A DNA stretch of 64,000 nt from Octopus bimaculoides. Lineage: Eukaryota. A program made the position numbers and the translations under genes. Below are positions 1 to 12,860 of the stretch, one piece after another. The DNA lies in NCBI RefSeq assembly GCF_001194135.2, contig NC_068992.1, forward strand, positions 25,632,234-25,696,233. The letters are read 5' to 3'. Within the stretch, counting starts at the first letter, position 1, and every line of letters starts with the position of its first letter. The notes below the pieces were generated by a model. That model worked only from the letters and a program-made list of their open reading frames with translations, was not told the DNA's origin and searched no databases.

Positions 1-144
1 CCTCGTCGACGCACAGGTTCGCCCCGAGATCGTCGTCGTACCTGCCCTCCACTAATCCCCTATAGAATGACTTCGTTGTGATGCAGCCGCTCAAGGTCGA
101 CCCGGGACGGCAAAGTTGTTGCAGAACAACGCGACACTCACTTT

Positions 145-285
145 GTGTGTTTATGTACCCCGTAACATAACGGTTCAGCAAAAGAAGGTGATATAATGTG
201 TACCAAGCATGTAAATAAGTCATTTAGTCGATTTGTTCGACTAAACCCTTCAGGGCAGCGCTGAAACGACTGAAACAAGTGAGAG
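145..285 (+). mobile_element. Degraded 3' tail of SINE family A
   Basis: gtgtttatgtaccccgtaacataacggttcagcaaaaga...gtcgatttgttcgactaaa...gactgaaacaagt aligns by eye with the tail of the intact copy at 41550-41705. Confidence 0.7.
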
Positions 286-764
286 ATCTTGAAATGTATT
301 TTCCTTAAAGATCCCTTAATTGTTAAGCTGTGTATGATCTTACATACTACGTTAATATGTGACGTTGTCTCGCATCGGCTCAAACACATTTTCAGAAGAA
401 TTTTTGACCCATTTCTCTGTGTAAACTGTATTTTCTAGCGTACGTGTGCTTCAGATATTTATGCAAAAACGCATGTGTGCATTCTATGGCCCGACTTCTC
501 TACATTGTGATAAAGGCAGTAATTAAATAGGCCTGAATATCAAACTATGACCATGTTTTTATATATGCATGTTCTTTAGTTTTATTTCTCAAAGAGATTT
601 CGTACCAAAGCTGAAAGAAACAATTTCCAATCTAGAAACAAATAATTTTCGTTGCAATTAAGACATCATCTCTAAAGTCCTGGATGTGCGTAATATTTCT
701 GTGATTTTTTTTGTCTTATCTTTTATCTTTATGTACTATCTATTACTTGTTTCAGACATTAAAC

Positions 765-1115
765 TACGGCCATGCTGGGGTACCGCCTTGAAGGAAAAAC
801 TTTAGTCGAATAAATCGATCCCCCGATTTTTTTTTTTTTTTTAGAAGTGGTACTTATTTTTTCGGTCTCTTTTGCCGAATCGCAAGGTTACGGGGACACA
901 AATACACCAACACCATTTATCAAACGTTGCTGGAGGCGGGGGACAAAGACACGCACATACATATATACACATAGAATATATACGACGGGCTTCTTTCAGT
1001 TTCGCTCTACCAAATCCACTGATAAGGCTTACCTTGAAGCTATATTAGAAAACATTCGTCCAAGTTTCCACGCAGTGGGACTGAACCGGGAGCCATTTCG
1101 TTGGGAAGCGCAATG
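765..1115 (-). mobile_element. tRNA-derived SINE family A
   Basis: Reverse complement of the 41313-41705 copy: cgacgggcttctttcagttt, ctaccaaatccact, cacgcagtgggactgaacc and the tail ggccatgctgg. Confidence 0.85.
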
Positions 1116-1519
1116 TGCGTCTGTATAAATGTATGTATACGTGTATATAACTATCTGTATAGTTCATAGATGAGAATCAGCTACCGTCCGTATAGAATAC
1201 ACTTCGTAGAACTCGAGAGATTTAAACTTGAGCGGAAAGAGAAATAAATGTAGGGACAAGCAAGTTACACAGATCAGTCAAAGAAGAACATTAAATACAT
1301 GAAATATTTAAATACAAAACGTATATATATGTTTACATACAAAAATGTCCTGACATACACAGAATAGAAATGATATCGAGAACTAAATGGGTTTGAAGAA
1401 ATAGATGTTGGGTTTGTATTACGTTTTATCACCTCCTTTAATTCTCGATATCATCGGTATTCTGTATAAATCGAACCTATTTGTAAGTCAACACATATAT
1501 CACTTTACTCTCTTTTTTC

Positions 1520-1892
1520 TCTCTTACTTGTTTCATTCATTTGACTGCGGCCATGCTGGAGCACTGCCTTTAGTCGAGCATATCGACCCTAAGACTTATT
1601 CTTTGTAAGCCTAGTATTTATTCTATCGGTCCCTTTTGCCGAACCGCTAAGTTACGGGGACGGAAACACACCAGCATCGGTTGTCAAGCGATGTTTGGGG
1701 GGGGACACAAACACAAACACATATATATATATACATATACATATATACGTCGGGCTTCTTTCAGTTTCCGTCTACCAAATCCACTTACAATGTTTTGGTC
1801 GGCCCGAAGCTATAGTCCAATGTGAAACGCAGTGGGACTGAACCCGGAACCATGTGGTTGGTAAGCAAGCTTCTTACCACACAGCCACTCCT
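1520..1892 (-). mobile_element. tRNA-derived SINE family A, near full length
   Basis: The reverse complement starts aggagtggctgtgtggtaag and has a B-box-like ggttcagtcc, an internal (TA)/(TG) tract and the tail ...aaacaagtaagag. Confidence 0.92.
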
Positions 1893-2169
1893 ATCTTTTA
1901 TGTGCTTCGTGTATTTAATATACTTTATATATTGACCTGTCTAACTTCCTTATTCTTACATATATCTATTTATGTGCACACTTAAGAGGAAGCGGGAATG
2001 TCATTTCATGAACGCTAAAATCAGCTATATTTTCCATATTTCCAGTACCATTAACGGTATGTGCTTATGTATGTATCTATTTATTCTAAAGTAAATCATA
2101 ATGACGCGCTATGCATACACATTTTCATATGTATACAATGTATGATTATTTGCTATGCACATGAGTGAA

Positions 2170-3501
2170 CTAAGCATATCTAGTGTATTTATGTATATGT
2201 GCATGTGTGCTTATTTCTATATTTGTTCCTGTATTTGATGTCATTCCACTGCAATTTGTGTGATAAGAATATATCGTATTTCTGTCAACATCTCCGTATG
2301 CAATTGACATTTTTATTAACTTAGATTTACAAAAACAGGCAGGATAACTCACAATTTTCCTAAGAACTAGGATATATTATCTACTCCATAAAATACATGG
2401 CATAAAATTAATTTAGTATATTTTACATACATCCTTCCATACATGTCTATACGTGAGGGTAAACGCTGTTACATATATATATATATATATATATATANNN
2501 NNNNNNNNNNNNNNNNNNNNNNNNNNNNNNNNNNNNNNNNNNNNNNNNNNNNNNNNNNNNNNNNNNNNNNNNNNNNNNNNNNNNNNNNNNNNNNNNNNAT
2601 ATACCTCTCTTTCTTTGAAATAGTATAAACAGTTACTGTGAGGACGAGTATTCTTTACTAACCGACAAACAAACCGAAAAAGGAACGGCACGTACTCAAG
2701 TATTCTAGTAGAAATCTCATTACCAGCAAGAACGCAGCACTTGCAATGCCTAACCCAAAATACTGATGATGTAATCAAGTATATGTTATAAAAATATGGC
2801 ACACTACAAACGTCCATAATGAAACACATGAACAAGAAATGATTGACTTTAGAAGAAGCAATTCTGTCCCATAATTTAACATCGAGGAAAAGTCGTAGCA
2901 TGTCGGACTGGAATGATAACGAAGACAATTCTCAAAAGTTTAGAAAGCGGTTCCAGGTTATATTAGATTCAGATTTAAAATCACTATGAATATCAAATGA
3001 GGGCTTCATGTTCTTAGAAAAACCAAATATTTTGTTACAACAGTCAGACACGCACCAAGAAGAACACAACCGAAACGGCATAAAAGAGACATATATCAAA
3101 AAAGCAAAAGTTTAAATATATAACGCTAAGCACAAACAAGCAAGAGAATTAACAACTGCCATCCACAACAAAGATATAACGGAATGCGTAAGAAATGGAC
3201 AAATGAACACAACAGTCAAACTACTATAAAGGAAATTTATTAGAAGACCTTTCATGAAGGAAAATCGAACATGGAAAATATGAATAAGCATTAAGGATAA
3301 TCCGAGAAGATATCTGTTCGAAATTCAGACAAACAACTATATAACAGTTAAACATTCGTCATACGGTTGTATAATAGTCACACCATAAACCGTTGACACA
3401 TTTGGACATGGTATTGTTCTACCCATCAGTTCTCCTAACAGATTTCTTTTTCTGTTAGGTGAGTCATCATCCATATCGATAAAGTGATATGTGTAACTGC
3501 A
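2170..3501 (-). pseudogene. Putative decayed multi-pass membrane protein reading frame, family unknown
   Basis: One minus frame from 3501 to about 2600 has only 4 stops in about 300 codons (MDDDSPNRKRNLLGELMGRTIPCPNV...LLWMAVVNSLACLCLAL...YVPFLFRFVCRLV). The same frame resumes past the (TA)n/N gap to 2170. No homologue was recognised. Confidence 0.35.
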
Positions 3502-4619
3502 TCAAGAAACGTCTCTCCTGTATGTCATAAATATTCATGGCTAATGAAAGTAAACGTGGTTTACTAAGAAAACATATAGAATTAAGTAAACTCAGTTTCA
3601 AGCATAAGTATTAAAGCTATTTATACTCCTAAATCTTAGCAGCATATATATCTGCAAAATTAGTAATAGGATTGTACATGGACGATGGCCCTGCAATTTT
3701 TTGAAATATGGATGCATATATGATTAGTACATTTATAAGAAATCTTCTTAGCCTTACATCTCAAAATAAGCATCTACGCACTTTTGCTCATCATGACTTT
3801 CTTCAGTAAAAACTCTAAAGTCACCAACAAGAAAACAAAGCAGTTGATGTTCAAAGAAAATGGCCACAAAATTATATACGCATTCTTTCCTTAACATAAA
3901 GATGTAGAATTGTACGTATACTATATTTAAACGAAACCGCATTGAGTTTGTTCTTAGCTTCGTGTAAGTCCAACACTACATTATAATGACCTACACTTCA
4001 CAAACTCTCGAAACCGAAGCATCAAATTGAAACTTTCATATAAAATGCGTTTTATAATTTACAGAGTCACATGACTTTTCGTAAGACTCTTTAAATCTTT
4101 TGAAATCGTAGTGTAAAATAGCTTGCTAAAACCGATCACAGAAGTTTCATAGAAGTATCTCATCATAGAAGTTTTAAGCCAAAGAAAACCGTTTTGCATC
4201 ATATTGTGCACTGTACTAACCTACCGAGGGTAATGATATAAGCAATACAACTAAAACAACATAAAACTTTATACTTCAACCTGACATAATATTTGTTACT
4301 GAGTGTCTTCATAGAAGGAATTACCACCTAATTACCTAATTATATCATGATACTGCAGGAAAAATATTATTATAATTGTAATCAAAATTCAACTGTTTTC
4401 AATACAGTGTGCGTGTACATTTTGTGAACGGAAACTGAAGCTGAGAGTTTCTATTGCAGCTCGATTTTTCCCGCCGCCTGTGTGGTGAAACGAGAGGCGT
4501 GAGAGAAAAACCTAAGCATCTGTTTTATTGAAACAAAAAGACTATAAAGACTATATCATCTACAAGGTGTTTTCATCACTCATTCTTCATTCGTTCCACA
4601 TTAATAACGTACGTATAGT

Positions 4620-4641
4620 GTATGTGTATATATATATATAC

Positions 4642-4700
<59 letters not shown>

Positions 4701-4750
4701 TGTGTCTGTGTGCGTGTGTGTGTGTGTGTGTGTATTCAGAGAGAGAGAGA
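4620..4750. repeat. Compound (TA)n(TG)n(GA)n microsatellite
   Basis: Directly visible. Confidence 0.95.
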
Positions 4751-5084
4751 AAGAAGTAGTGCGAGTCACGTCTAATTCAATGTGATACTTTCGTTGTGTA
4801 AATTCACAGTCGGAGGCATACTTAATTGGCTACAACAAAAAAAATATAGAATAGCTATCTAAAACAAACATAGTATTAGATTCACTAAGCTTGTATAGAA
4901 AATCTACAGACTACTGGGTTTAAAAGCATTCATCCACGGGTATGGCAACAGTGGAATATTCTTTAGAAAGTGCATTTACCACTGAAAGTTTGTAAAAAGG
5001 TATTACGTGTTGATGTGTAATAGAGACGAAAACAAAAATAAATCAAAGAAAATTTCATACATACAATCACGTACCACACACATA

Positions 5085-5100
5085 ACCACACACACAGTAT

Positions 5101-5173
<73 letters not shown>

Positions 5174-5200
5174 CACATATATATATACATAAATATATAT
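5085..5200. repeat. (CA)n then (TA)n microsatellite
   Basis: Directly visible. Confidence 0.95.
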
Positions 5201-6203
5201 GGATGGATGGATGGATTTATCTCGGTATACGTAAAGTGCAGTATTAAATTGAGATGCAATTGTATAAATGCTTTTATAGTAGGGGAAGCTAAAATGCGTG
5301 AAAATAATTGTCATTATGCATGGGTAAGCTCAGCTAATTTGTAAAGTGAAGAAAACGATATATTATGTGGGTAATCTGCTGAAAACACCTTTAGTATCAC
5401 ACAATGTAACGCAGAAGAAAATATCAGTATACAGATGAAAAACAGACAGGAAATCTCATTCAGCACACAAGATTACATACAAGGACACATAAAATTCTCC
5501 GCGCTAAACAAAAACCAAAGTCATGTGATTTTTATGTGGGAGTGTGTGTATGAGAAATTATATACCTATATAAGCATTGTATGGGTTTCATGAAAATTAT
5601 ATTACATATCTCTAAGATACGGAAAAGTATATAGTCTGGTGATACACGAGGACAAACATGAGTATATATATCAAACATGAGTATAAATGTATGTTTTCTT
5701 TCTTAGTTACAGTGACTCGAGATCTGGGGGTCTGTACATTGTCACTTAACAAAGTGTTCATATATTTTGTAATAATGCGTTTATATTGGTTGAAAAAACA
5801 AAGTATTGCATGTAGCGTTGCCATTATGTGAAATCGTCGTATGTCCAAATTTGGTCAAATGCGTTTTTGTCTTTTCAATATTTAAGTTTGCTTGCAATAG
5901 CCAGTTCTTTTGATCAAACATATCGTATCCCCAGCTGCTTCAGATGAAAATTGTCAAAGTGTAGTACAACGGTTTAACATTTTTTTAAAGTGTAGTGAGT
6001 ACCACATACGACAGTTTTGCATAAATATTTCTGACTGGAAATATCATACATGCATGAAGATAGGATTTCATGCACCCAACATAGTATTACTGTTAAGCTA
6101 AAACTCTTGCGAATGTAAGAAGAAATGGAATGGCGAAACTATTTTTTCTTTTTCTAAAAAACAACGTTTTGGATTTACTTCACTATTGCATAATAGTAAC
6201 GGA

Positions 6204-6257
<54 letters not shown>

Positions 6258-6753
6258 TATTCAAAGGAATTCCAACTCTGTCTTTTTTTTATATATTATT
6301 TATAATTTTTCTATTCTTATAATATTAATGTAGGATAGAGAATATATAGTATATATAGTAAAATGAAATGAAGTATTGATTGTCTTATTGAATAGAGGAA
6401 ATATTGAATATCAAATATTAAAGGACTGTTTCATATATACGTGTGTATGTGTGTGTGTTTGTATGCGAGTGCGTGCATCAAATGAATAATAGCATACAGT
6501 GAATAATTATCAATTCATGGCTTAACAATTATCCATCGTATGTTATTATTCATTTAATTATGATACACCAAAGGTACTATACAAAATAATATGGACCAGC
6601 AAGTTAGGCACTAAATACTTATACGGTTGGTTTTCTCTGTGGGCACAACCCAAATATGCTGTCTCGTATTTTGACTCTCACCAAAAATATGACGGAACCA
6701 CGGCCATTAGCCAAGCCTATCTGGTGCATGATTCTCCAGAAATCCCAATTTTA

Positions 6754-6757
<4 letters not shown>

Positions 6758-6836
<79 letters not shown>
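6758..6836. repeat. (TA)n(TG)n microsatellite
   Basis: Directly visible. Confidence 0.95.
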
Positions 6837-6839
<3 letters not shown>

Positions 6840-8029
6840 CATATTTATATGTATATGTGTATGTGTACCTGCCTGCGTGTTTTTAGAGGAAGCAGAAATA
6901 GAACAAGCATATACATAAAGAAGTTAGAAAGAGAGAAGAGAGTAAAAGAGAAGAAACCAAATTTAAATAGGGATACAAAGTCTCTGTGACAGATATAAAC
7001 AGAAATGTTAAATGATAACTGGTAGGGAGATTGTTTGACTATGAAATAGAGAAAGCAATGTCGATTGGATGTGTAAATTGTTACTTGAGCTGTTAAAAAT
7101 ATTAGGAGGATTACCCACAAATTAACGCATGAATATGCAATATCAGACATTAAATAAGATATTCCTCGGTATTTGTTCTAAACAGAATCTAAATCTGTGA
7201 TAATTGTGATTTTTTTAACCATATATTTATGTGATTATAGGCAACCTCAGGCTAAGCAATATAAAGAACAATATCTACAATAGAAACAACAGTAACAGCG
7301 ATGACATCAACAAGGGAACGCTTTAAATATTTGGTTGAAATTGTGTTATTTACACCTGCCAAATCTCTGAATAAATTTCTCATCAAGACAATAAGTTTTT
7401 TTTCGTTTTTGATTAGAGAGCATTTCGCTGAAGAGAACGAATAATTCCGAAACATAGAAACAGAACAGAATTTTTACGTGGGTTAACTTAATAAAATTAT
7501 TTTATCAAATCTTTATCTTTTAATTAAAATTTCGGCTATTTCAAATGATAAGATTTTTTGCACGACGACTTTTGATGTAGATTTTCATTTACTTTAATGT
7601 ATTTTCATCTTATAACGTTGGAACTTTCAATTACTTACAAAAATATGTCAACTCACTACTTGAAATATGTAACTTGCACTTAGCACTCATCATATAAATG
7701 GCATATTCGGTATTATTTGCCTGGTTTATGTCTAGTTATGAGTCTATATATGTGTGTGTACATATAGTTATATGTGTATATATCTCTAGTTATAAATGTA
7801 TATATTCACATATATATATATATGTATGTGTGTGTGTGTGTGTGTGTGTTTGTGTATGTGGGTGTGTGTGTGGGTGTGTGTGTGGGAGTGTGTATGTGCG
7901 CAATAAGATGTAAAATATATTATAGGGATGTAAAACATCTAATTTTCACTAGTTAACTGTTTGATAGCCAATATAGTACAAGCAATTTTTCTCCAATACA
8001 AATGGGTATATATTCACAATATATATATA

Positions 8030-8077
<48 letters not shown>

Positions 8078-9004
8078 CATATATATATATTTATATTTAT
8101 ATACACACACACACACACACACNNNNNNNNNNNNNNNNNNNNNNNNNNNNNNNNNNNNNNNNNNNNNNNNNNNNNNNNNNNNNNNNNNNNNNNNNNNNNN
8201 NNNNNNNNNNNNNNNNNNNNNNNNNNNNNNNNNNNNNNNNNNNNNNNNNNNNNNNNNNNNNNNNNNNNNNNNNNNNNNNNNNNNNNNNNNNNNNNNTATA
8301 TATATTTGACAGGAGGGACAACAAAAGAAAGAAAGAGACATCGATATTATGCAAATAGAGGAATTTATCTGTAAAAATATGTGACACTTATTCAGTAGCT
8401 ATGATAAAACTCTGAGTTTCGGATGCCAGGGTGGGAGCCTACACCAACATCTCTCTCAGTTATCCGGCCAATTGAAAATTCCTGTGAAAAATGACCGTTA
8501 AAAACAAAGGGAAATTACTGTGTACTGACAAGGTCAAAACCCGTCTAAAACTGCGTATATTATCGCAAGCACGCATATATCCATATACGCACGCACATAT
8601 CGCTGTATACGCACACATATATCTACATACGCACGCATCCACGCGCATACTCACAAGCGCGCACATATGAAGTTCCTTGTACGTGTCTATAAGCGTACAG
8701 GAAAAAAGTTTGGAGGGGAGAAAATAGAAAATTTATGTGGAAAAATACAAAAACATTAACCCTATAATTATGTAAAATACAAAAAAAAGTATTTAAATAT
8801 AAAAATAGAAAAATACAAAATCCAGGTAAAAAAGGTGAAAAGCTCATACATAGACACAATATAGAAACCTATCAGTACAGTCCTATCAGCAGGTCCTATC
8901 AGTACGAATATTAAAAAATATAAGAAATGTAAGTAATAATTATAGAGAAACACAAAAATAGAAAGCAAGTCAGACACACAAACATACACACACACATACA
9001 CACA

Positions 9005-9140
9005 TACATATACATATATACGACGGGCTTCTTTCAGTTTCCGTCTACCAAATCCACTCACAAGGCTTTGGTAGGCCCAAGGTGCCACGCAGTGGGACTG
9101 AACCCGGAACCATGTGGTTGGTAATTAAGCTATTTACCAC
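9005..9140 (-). mobile_element. SINE family A, head and core
   Basis: cgacgggcttctttcagtttccgtctaccaaatccactcacaaggc...cagtgggactgaacccggaaccatgtggttggt. Confidence 0.88.
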
Positions 9141-9700
9141 TTGATAAAATCAATATTTTAAATATCGATCTTATCCTTATTTATNNNNNNNNNNNNNNNN
9201 NNNNNNNNNNNNNNNNNNNNNNNNNNNNNNNNNNNNNNNNNNNNNNNNNNNNNNNNNNNNNNNNNNNNNNNNNNNNNNNNNNNNNNNNNNNNNNNNNNNN
9301 NNNNNNNNNNNNNNNNNNNNNNNNNNNNNNNNNNNNNNNNNNNNNNNNNNNNNNNNNNNNNNNNNNNNNNNNNNNNNNNNNNNNNNNNNNNNNNNNNNNN
9401 NNNNNNNNNNNNNNNNNNNNNNNNNNNNNNNNNNNNNNNNNNNNNNNNNNNNNNNNNNNNNNNNNNNNNNNNNNNNNNNNNNNNNNNNNNNNNNNNNNNN
9501 NNNNNNNNNNNNNNNNNNNNNNNNNNNNNNNNNNNNNNNNNNNNNNNNNNNNNNNNNNNNNNNNNNNNNNNNNNNNNNNNNNNNNNNNNNNNNNNNNNNN
9601 NNNNNNNNNNNNNNNNNNNNNNNNNNNNNNNNNNNNNNNNNNNNNNNNNNNNNNNNNNNNNNNNNNNNNNNNNNNNNNNNNNNNNNNNNNNNNNNNNNNN

Positions 9701-9734
<34 letters not shown>

Positions 9735-10445
9735 GTACGTTGGGAAATAATTATGTGTAAATACATACATTAGCATTGCTTGTAAGCATCATTAAACAAA
9801 ATCTAATTAAATTGTTAATGATGATATATTTTTCTTCCACTGTGTTGTGTATACACCTTTATTATAGAAACTCTAGAAATACCATAATTAGTCTTAGATA
9901 AAGAAAGCAAACAAAAATATTCAATAAAATTAATGTATAAGAAAACACATAACGACTGTATTTTTTTTTAAATAACATATTTTTTTACAATTTACCACAA
10001 ATGTCATGCGTACTTTTATTGATTGGATGTCAGTAGTAAGCGGCTAATAGTTTGTATTTATACGTATTTATGGTTTACTCATCCATAAGATTTACAATTC
10101 AAAAACATAATTGTGTTTTTTTTTTTTTGGCTCCTCATTTTATCAAATAATTCAAGGCAGTCAGAAAACAACAGAAAAAAAGTAGTTATGCTTAATGGTT
10201 TTTATGATAGGCAACACGTGTCAAACTTTGGGCGAAGATGATATTAATTGTAATAGACTGCAGGATATAAAAGCGTAATTTATTTTAACAAGCCTTGGAT
10301 ACGAAAAGGAAATGCAACCGTCGTCTTAAATATTGGAAATAGCGCATAAACGTTTGCAATTAAAGGCAGTGATTTGTAAGTTTATATATACATGTGTGTG
10401 TGTATGTGTGTGTGTAAATACATATAATTATGTGTGTGTATGTTT

Positions 10446-10612
10446 AGATGTAGCTGTGTGATAAATAACTCGATACCCAACCATATGGTTCAGGGTTCAA
10501 TCCCGCTGCATGGCATATTGGACGAATGTTGTCTACTATATCCTCCGACCGATCAAAGAATTGTTGGTGGATTTGGTAGAAGGAACCTGAAAGAAGCCCG
10601 TGATATACATAT
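10446..10612 (+). mobile_element. SINE family A, degraded head and core
   Basis: gctgtgtgataa...ggttcagggttcaatccc...ggatttggtagaaggaacctgaaagaagcccgt. Confidence 0.8.
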
Positions 10613-12619
10613 CTATACCTATATATTTACTTATATAGGTGTGTGTGTATGTGTGTATACCTAGGTGTGTGTGTATGCACGCGCGTTTGTGCGTATGCAT
10701 GTGTGTGTACATACAAACACGCACACATACATACGAACAAACATATTTAAAAGGCATTTTACCTCGCCTAACGTTTCCAGTACTAGATATACGATCATAA
10801 GGTCGATTGTTCAGTTTTTGCACCGCGTTTCCCTTGTGACCTTAAGGAAGTTACATGTATGATGCCCCAGTCCACTCAGCCAAAATGCGAATCAGACACA
10901 ATGGTGTTACAGCACCCTACTCTCACTGACTATCATTTTATCTGTATCTTGTTAGTCTATGTCTGTCTTGCTTTCTCCCTATCTCTGTCTCAGTCTGTCT
11001 CTTTCTCTCTCGCTCTCTCTTTTTCTGTTGGCCTCTCTCTCACTCACTCTATATGCGTCCTTAGTACTTCTTAATGTTCATATAACTATAGAGATACATA
11101 TTTTCCACAGCCTCTGTCACTCAATGACTTCGTTCTGGTAATTTGCTATTTTCTCTGTGCCTCTCGTATTGATTATCCATCATTTGGGACAATTAATCCA
11201 ATTACCTGGCACTTTCTACACTCTTTGTCTACCACTACTACATGAAGCCTTCTAGCTTCTATTACTCTATCAGTGTGAATGTTAAAATCCCACAACGTCT
11301 TATATTTCTTACTTTCTAACATTTTACTAAGTTCATATTCATACCACTTAGTATCGCCAAATCCTAGCTTTCTATGTAGTTTCCAGTGGCTTATTCTCCT
11401 TAGGTTTTCATGTCTTTTCTTGTATTCTTACTGTGACAGCATACTCCATTCACTAACCATGTGAGTAACACTTTCCCTCTTTGATTAACGTCATCTATAT
11501 TAGGATTCTACCTGATAGTTGTCTTGGCTTTTAACGATATCGTTTTGAGTTGCTTACGTATATATATTTAGAAGTTGTCAGAGTTTGAAACGTTTTGTTA
11601 TATAAACTTTGTCTAAGCCAGTAAAAACACACACGTTTGGTTGACTTTCCCTTTCACGCTACGTTGAGAATTGAATTTGTAAAAATGAATTTGAAATGTT
11701 ATTTTGAAAGATACTTATTTTACGAAGACGTCGGATTCTTCAGAAAACAAATCTGTGGGGCAAACGTAGGATAGAAGTCGTGCATATCAGACTCTCTTTC
11801 ATTTATCCTCTTGAAGACGAGGAAAGAGAAAGTTTTTCGAACACTCAAAGATGAAAGAAGGGAGAATGTATAACTGCTATTGCACAAAGAAACAGTAAAA
11901 ATAACAGGAGCAAAAACAAAAGCAGTGTCCAGCATCTACAGAAGCATGCACAGCCGCATTATCGACGGTAGGTAAACAGCGGAGGCGATAAGATGTTTGC
12001 ATTGCTGTAATTTTCAAGTTAAAATCTTCTACCTGTGTTACTGCAACAAACAACAGTAACACAAACACCAATGACATTAAACAAAAGAAGCAACAACAGT
12101 GGTATACGTATAAATGACAAACCCGATAGTAGCAACGCTGGCAATAGCGGCAGTGATGGCGTCAAGAATGCCGGTGGTATAATAAGTGCAACGGGAAAGG
12201 CGGCAGCAATAAATTTGTCAAGACCACCAATGCAACAACAACTATAAAATAGTAAGACTTCTGTCACTGCAGTAGTCTCCGAAATGGTACCATGTAGTTC
12301 CGAGTTCAAGGTAACTCAGCAAAATTAGAACATTAGAAAAATATAGAATAGAAAGTCAGATCATGCATTCTGAACTGCAACTAAATATGGATGCATGAGT
12401 TTAAAAATTATTTGCTTAGGCCAACAAGGGAACCAAAACATTTCTAAATGCTTGCGATTTTAGACGAAGTGGTAATGAAGGATCTGGCTGTTGTCTTTCC
12501 TGTTTTAATTCCAGATGTGAAAAACTGCGTGCTTCTGTGCACCTCTATCCCCCGAAATATACTCTTCATGCGATATATCTTAAAGAGTGTAGAGAAATGA
12601 GATATCGACAATGGGATAG

Positions 12620-12860
12620 TAATTTGTTTTAGTGGAAAGCTTCCGATAACGTCGACAAAGATAGCAGTTTTAATGTGGCGAGATTTGCGCCAATTTCAGG
12701 ACCAGAATGAGATTACAGTATTGTACAACAGATTCTGATCGACGGATAGAATAATTGAACAGCTCTGACAAACTTTCGTAACCGTCAGGAATCTCCTTTC
12801 TCGGCGGCTACTCTGCACATAATGGCTTTGAAGCCGTTGTTGTGAAATCTAAAACCTCTA
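12620..12860 (+). mobile_element. Highly decayed L1/Tx1-like reverse transcriptase fragment
   Basis: Translations give WKASDNVD (compare KAFDRVD) and NRQESPFSAATLHIMALKPLL (compare RQGCPLSxLLxxLALEPLL), with many stops. Confidence 0.45.

Noticed and set aside
11720-12309. Several 65-96 aa ORFs with TM-like stretches
   Set aside because: The underlying DNA is decayed AAC/AGC/AAT trinucleotide sequence, which keeps frames open, and there is no consistent splice or domain signal.
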